From assembly GCF_006345805.1 (NCBI RefSeq), contig NC_043011.1:16814464-16878463 (forward strand): 64,000 nucleotides of DNA, written 5' to 3'. Below are positions 60,501 through 64,000 of the stretch, piece after piece. This DNA comes from Octopus sinensis (Eukaryota). Made by a program: the position numbers and the translations under genes. A model generated the notes under the pieces. The model ran no database searches. It saw nothing but the letters and a program-made list of their open reading frames with translations, and was not told the origin of the DNA. How positions within the stretch are numbered: the stretch's first letter is position 1; every line of letters begins with the position of its first letter.

Positions 60501-61707
60501 AATGATGGCCACAAAACTATATAACTAGACAAGCTTATAAAACATAGCCTGCAGTCACTATCATGGATTGAATATATTTTATTGGGTGACTTAATCAATA
60601 TTTACCTATATTGTTGTACATATTCTCTCATTAGCAACAATACTTAGAGAATGTTCTTCACAGAAAAGAGAAGTTACGTTTATGTCAGGTTCAATTCTGT
60701 AATTTTTTGGCAAGTTCATACGTCCCAAGCTCTCATCATCCTCTTGTGCAAAAATCTTTTCATGTACTGGCATAAGATTTTAGAAGTCAGCATCTTAACA
60801 TCACTCCTTGCTTTTCACAATCCTATGTCGTTTTGTCAGAAAATAAATAAAATAGAATAAAATAAAACAAAAAACAAAATCTGATTTAAAAACTTCTTCC
60901 TAAGAATTTCTGATTTTACCATTGTTGCCAATTCTCTCTACCCCAAACCAGCTCGCAGCACTTTCTTCAACAATCATGCATTATTTATTCCAGTGAAAAA
61001 TTCTTTCTTGAATACATTACTTTTGGCATTAAATTTTCACCATTCCTTATAATTTACCATGGAATATCTGATCCCCCATTTGATCTCCAACCCTTATGTC
61101 CATCCCCTTCACTTTCTGCAGATATTCTGCTATCCACTGCTCACTTTTCATCAACATTTCTTTGCTTCCTTTTTTTCTTATTTTCCTTTCTTTTTTATGG
61201 AAGTACCAAAGACCTTTGCTAGTTCTCTGAGACTGAGTGAGATTGAGTTGGTTGATATACAATGTAAACAGTCATAAGTTGTTATCTGTTGGAAAAACAT
61301 GAGTTAGCAAAGAATACCAGAAGTTTGAGTACTGAGGAGGAAGGATTGGGATTAGTGATTAATCTGTTGTGTAGAGAAAGAGGACAGTATGCATGATAAA
61401 AAGAATGATACATTTGTATGTTAGATTTCATCATGTCTGAGTAGCAGCGGGTGTTTGCTATTGATAAAAAGAAAAAGACAGAATGAGGAAGTGTGTGTAT
61501 GTTAAATATGTTAAATTCCGAGCAAAAAAAGTGAATACTAAAGCAGAATTTGAAGTCTGAAAATGCTGAGCAGTTGTGCAAAGAATGGTAAATCTAAGTT
61601 ATGGAGACATAACACACCAACATTGGTTGTCAAGTGACGGTGGGGTACAAATATAGACGTACAAATACATAAATACTTATATATATATATGTATGTATGT
61701 ATATATA

Positions 61708-61755
<48 letters not shown>

Positions 61756-61789
61756 TATATATTATATATATATATATATATATAATATA

Positions 61790-62195
61790 GGTGCAGGAGT
61801 GGTTGTGTGGTAAGTAGCTTGCTTACCAACCACATGGTTCCGGGTTCAGTCCCACTGCATGGCATCTTGGGCAAGTGTCTTCTGCTATAGCCTCTGGCTG
61901 ACCAATGCCTTGTGAGTGGATTTGGTAGACGGAAACTGAAAGAAGCCTGTCGTATATATGTATATATATATATGTGTGTATATGTTTGTGTGTCTGTGTT
62001 TGTCCCCCTAGCATTGCTTGACAACCGATGCTGGTGTGTTTACGTCCCTGTCACTTAGTGGTTCGACAAAACAGACCGATAGAATAAGTACTGGGCTTAC
62101 AAAGAATAAGTCCTGGGGTCGATTTGCTCGACTAAAGGCGGTGCTCCAGCATGGCTGCAATCAAATGACAAACAAGTAAAAGAGTAAAAGAGTAA
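61790..62195 (+). mobile_element. Complete B-microsatellite-C SINE; an inverted B part follows at 62275-62425
   Basis: gcaggagtggttgtgtggtaagtag...gggttcagtccc (B-box-like)...cttgggcaagtg (CORE-like)...(ta/tg)n...gctccagcatggctgcaatcaaatgac. Confidence 0.88.
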
Positions 62196-62198
62196 AAG

Positions 62199-62233
<35 letters not shown>

Positions 62234-63479
62234 TATATATATACATATATACATATATACATACATAAATACAACAGGCTTTCAGTTTCTGTATATCAAA
62301 TACACTCACTTTGGTCAGCCTGAGGCTATAATAGGAGACACTTGCCCAAGGTGCCACACAGTGGGACTGAACCAAGAACCATGTGTTTGGGAAGCTGGCT
62401 TCTTACCACACAGCCACTCCTGTGCCTATATATATATGTAAAACGTTATATATATATCTATATATGCATACGTGTGTATGTGTATGTGTGCACACATACA
62501 CTCACACAATGTGTGTAAGTGTATAATCAATATTACCGAACATGTGCAACTGTCATACAATGTTACTTCTTAAGTAAACATACTGAAATTGCTAATCTTA
62601 AATGTTGAATAGATAAAAAAAGTTGCAATAACATCACTTTCAATTTAACCTTTAGGTATTTACAGTAAACTCTATGAGACGATACACACCTCTGAAATGT
62701 GGATTGTAATTATATGTGTGTACACAATTCTTTCTATAAATAATATGAAGATATCGTTTTTCTCTTCTCTTTTCAGTTTACTTTCTTCGTATCACTAATT
62801 CCTAATTATTCCACTCCCCGTTCATTCTTTGATGTTTACTAATTTCTTGCCATTAGTATATTACTGTTATTTTGCCTCGTCTTACGCACCTGTTAAGTGT
62901 AGCTTTTGTTTAATGTCCTATGATAAGTTAGTTGAAATGATTATTTCCTTTGACACGTACTTTATTGTTCTGATGTTTTAGAATTGTTTGTGCATTATAG
63001 ACATTCTCGATGACACTAAGAAAGACTTCTTGACACACCAGGGACAAGCCTTGATTGTGCACTATTTGCATCTTATTCTATGGATTAAATGCCTATGAAG
63101 AAAGAGCATCAAGATTGCCATTGCCTTAATGATACATGCTCAAGGTTTATTAAAAGAACCGAAATCATCTCATGGTATGTACACAAGAACAAATAAATTT
63201 ATGAACACATTTGACCCTGTCTACTATTGTTGTATAATATGGAGTAGACTTTGCTGGCTACTGCTAGCATGCTGAGCAACAGGCCATTCAGATTTTCATA
63301 CTTTAAAAGAGCACTATGACTGATATTGTTATTGACAAAAGCACATAATATGAAACAGTGTGAAGGGCTTCTGAAGCTTAGTGGGGGACAAGGATTCCTG
63401 ATGTAGCTACTTGAAGAAGGAGGAGGAGGAAAAGAAAAAGGAGGGTAGAACAAAGGAAGGTGCAGATGGAGAATGAGAA

Positions 63480-63770
63480 GAATGATGATGATGCTGATGG
63501 TGGTGGTGGTGGTGGTGATGGTGGTGGTGGTGGTGGTGGTGGTGGTAGTGGTGATGATGATGATGATGATGAAGAGAGGGAAGAGTAAGAGAGGAAGAGA
63601 GGAGATGGGAGGGTGATGTGAGGAGAAGGAGAAAATGAAGAAGCAGAAGAAGGAGGAGGAGGAAGAGGAGGAGAAGAAGAAGGATAAGAAGAAGGAGAAG
63701 AAGAAGAAGAAGAAGAAGAAGAAGAAGAAGAAGAAGAAGAAGAAAAGAAGAAGAAGAAGAAGAAAAGAAG
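63480..63770. repeat. Compound trinucleotide tract (GAT)n-(GGT)n-(GAG)n-(GAA)n
   Basis: Read directly. Confidence 0.95.
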
Positions 63771-64000
63771 CAGCTGTAGCAGACTTTTTTTAAGAATTGA
63801 TGTTGGATAATTACGCCAACACTGATAAATTTTAAAACATATATTTGATAGTAATTAAATTCTGCCTACTGCTAGTAGTTATTAACAATCAACAGTTACC
63901 GATAATTGACTCTTATGTATGTTTAAATTGTACCATTAGCAAGAAATTTCAAAATATTTATTCACTTATAATTTATCACTAATAAGCTCTCCCTTTAGCT

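Overview
Eukaryotic, AT-rich, repeat-dominated DNA. The SINE, LINE and mariner families look like those of octopod cephalopods; this is recognition from memory, not a database result. I recognise no host protein-coding gene, only a few candidate minus-strand exons at 24-28 kb. The main structure is at 0.6-13.9 kb: three divergent, disrupted L1/Tx1-clade retrotransposons (ORF1 with a CCHC knuckle; ORF2 with APE endonuclease, RT and a C-terminal Zn finger) lie head-to-tail on the + strand. Each is flanked by (TATC)n/(GATA)n microsatellite and ends in the same conserved 3' terminus with no poly(A) tail. This pattern suggests a GATA-microsatellite-specific retrotransposon family that builds nested arrays. 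A second theme is Penelope-like element (PLE) debris: fold-back palindromes and inverted pLTRs, several with hammerhead-ribozyme-like cores. The rest is an RTE LINE with a tandemly amplified 3' UTR, CR1/L2 and RTE fragments, Tc1/mariner remnants, piggyBac-like MITEs, several modular tRNA-derived SINE families and many microsatellites. Boundaries of degenerate repeats are approximate (about +/-10-20 nt).
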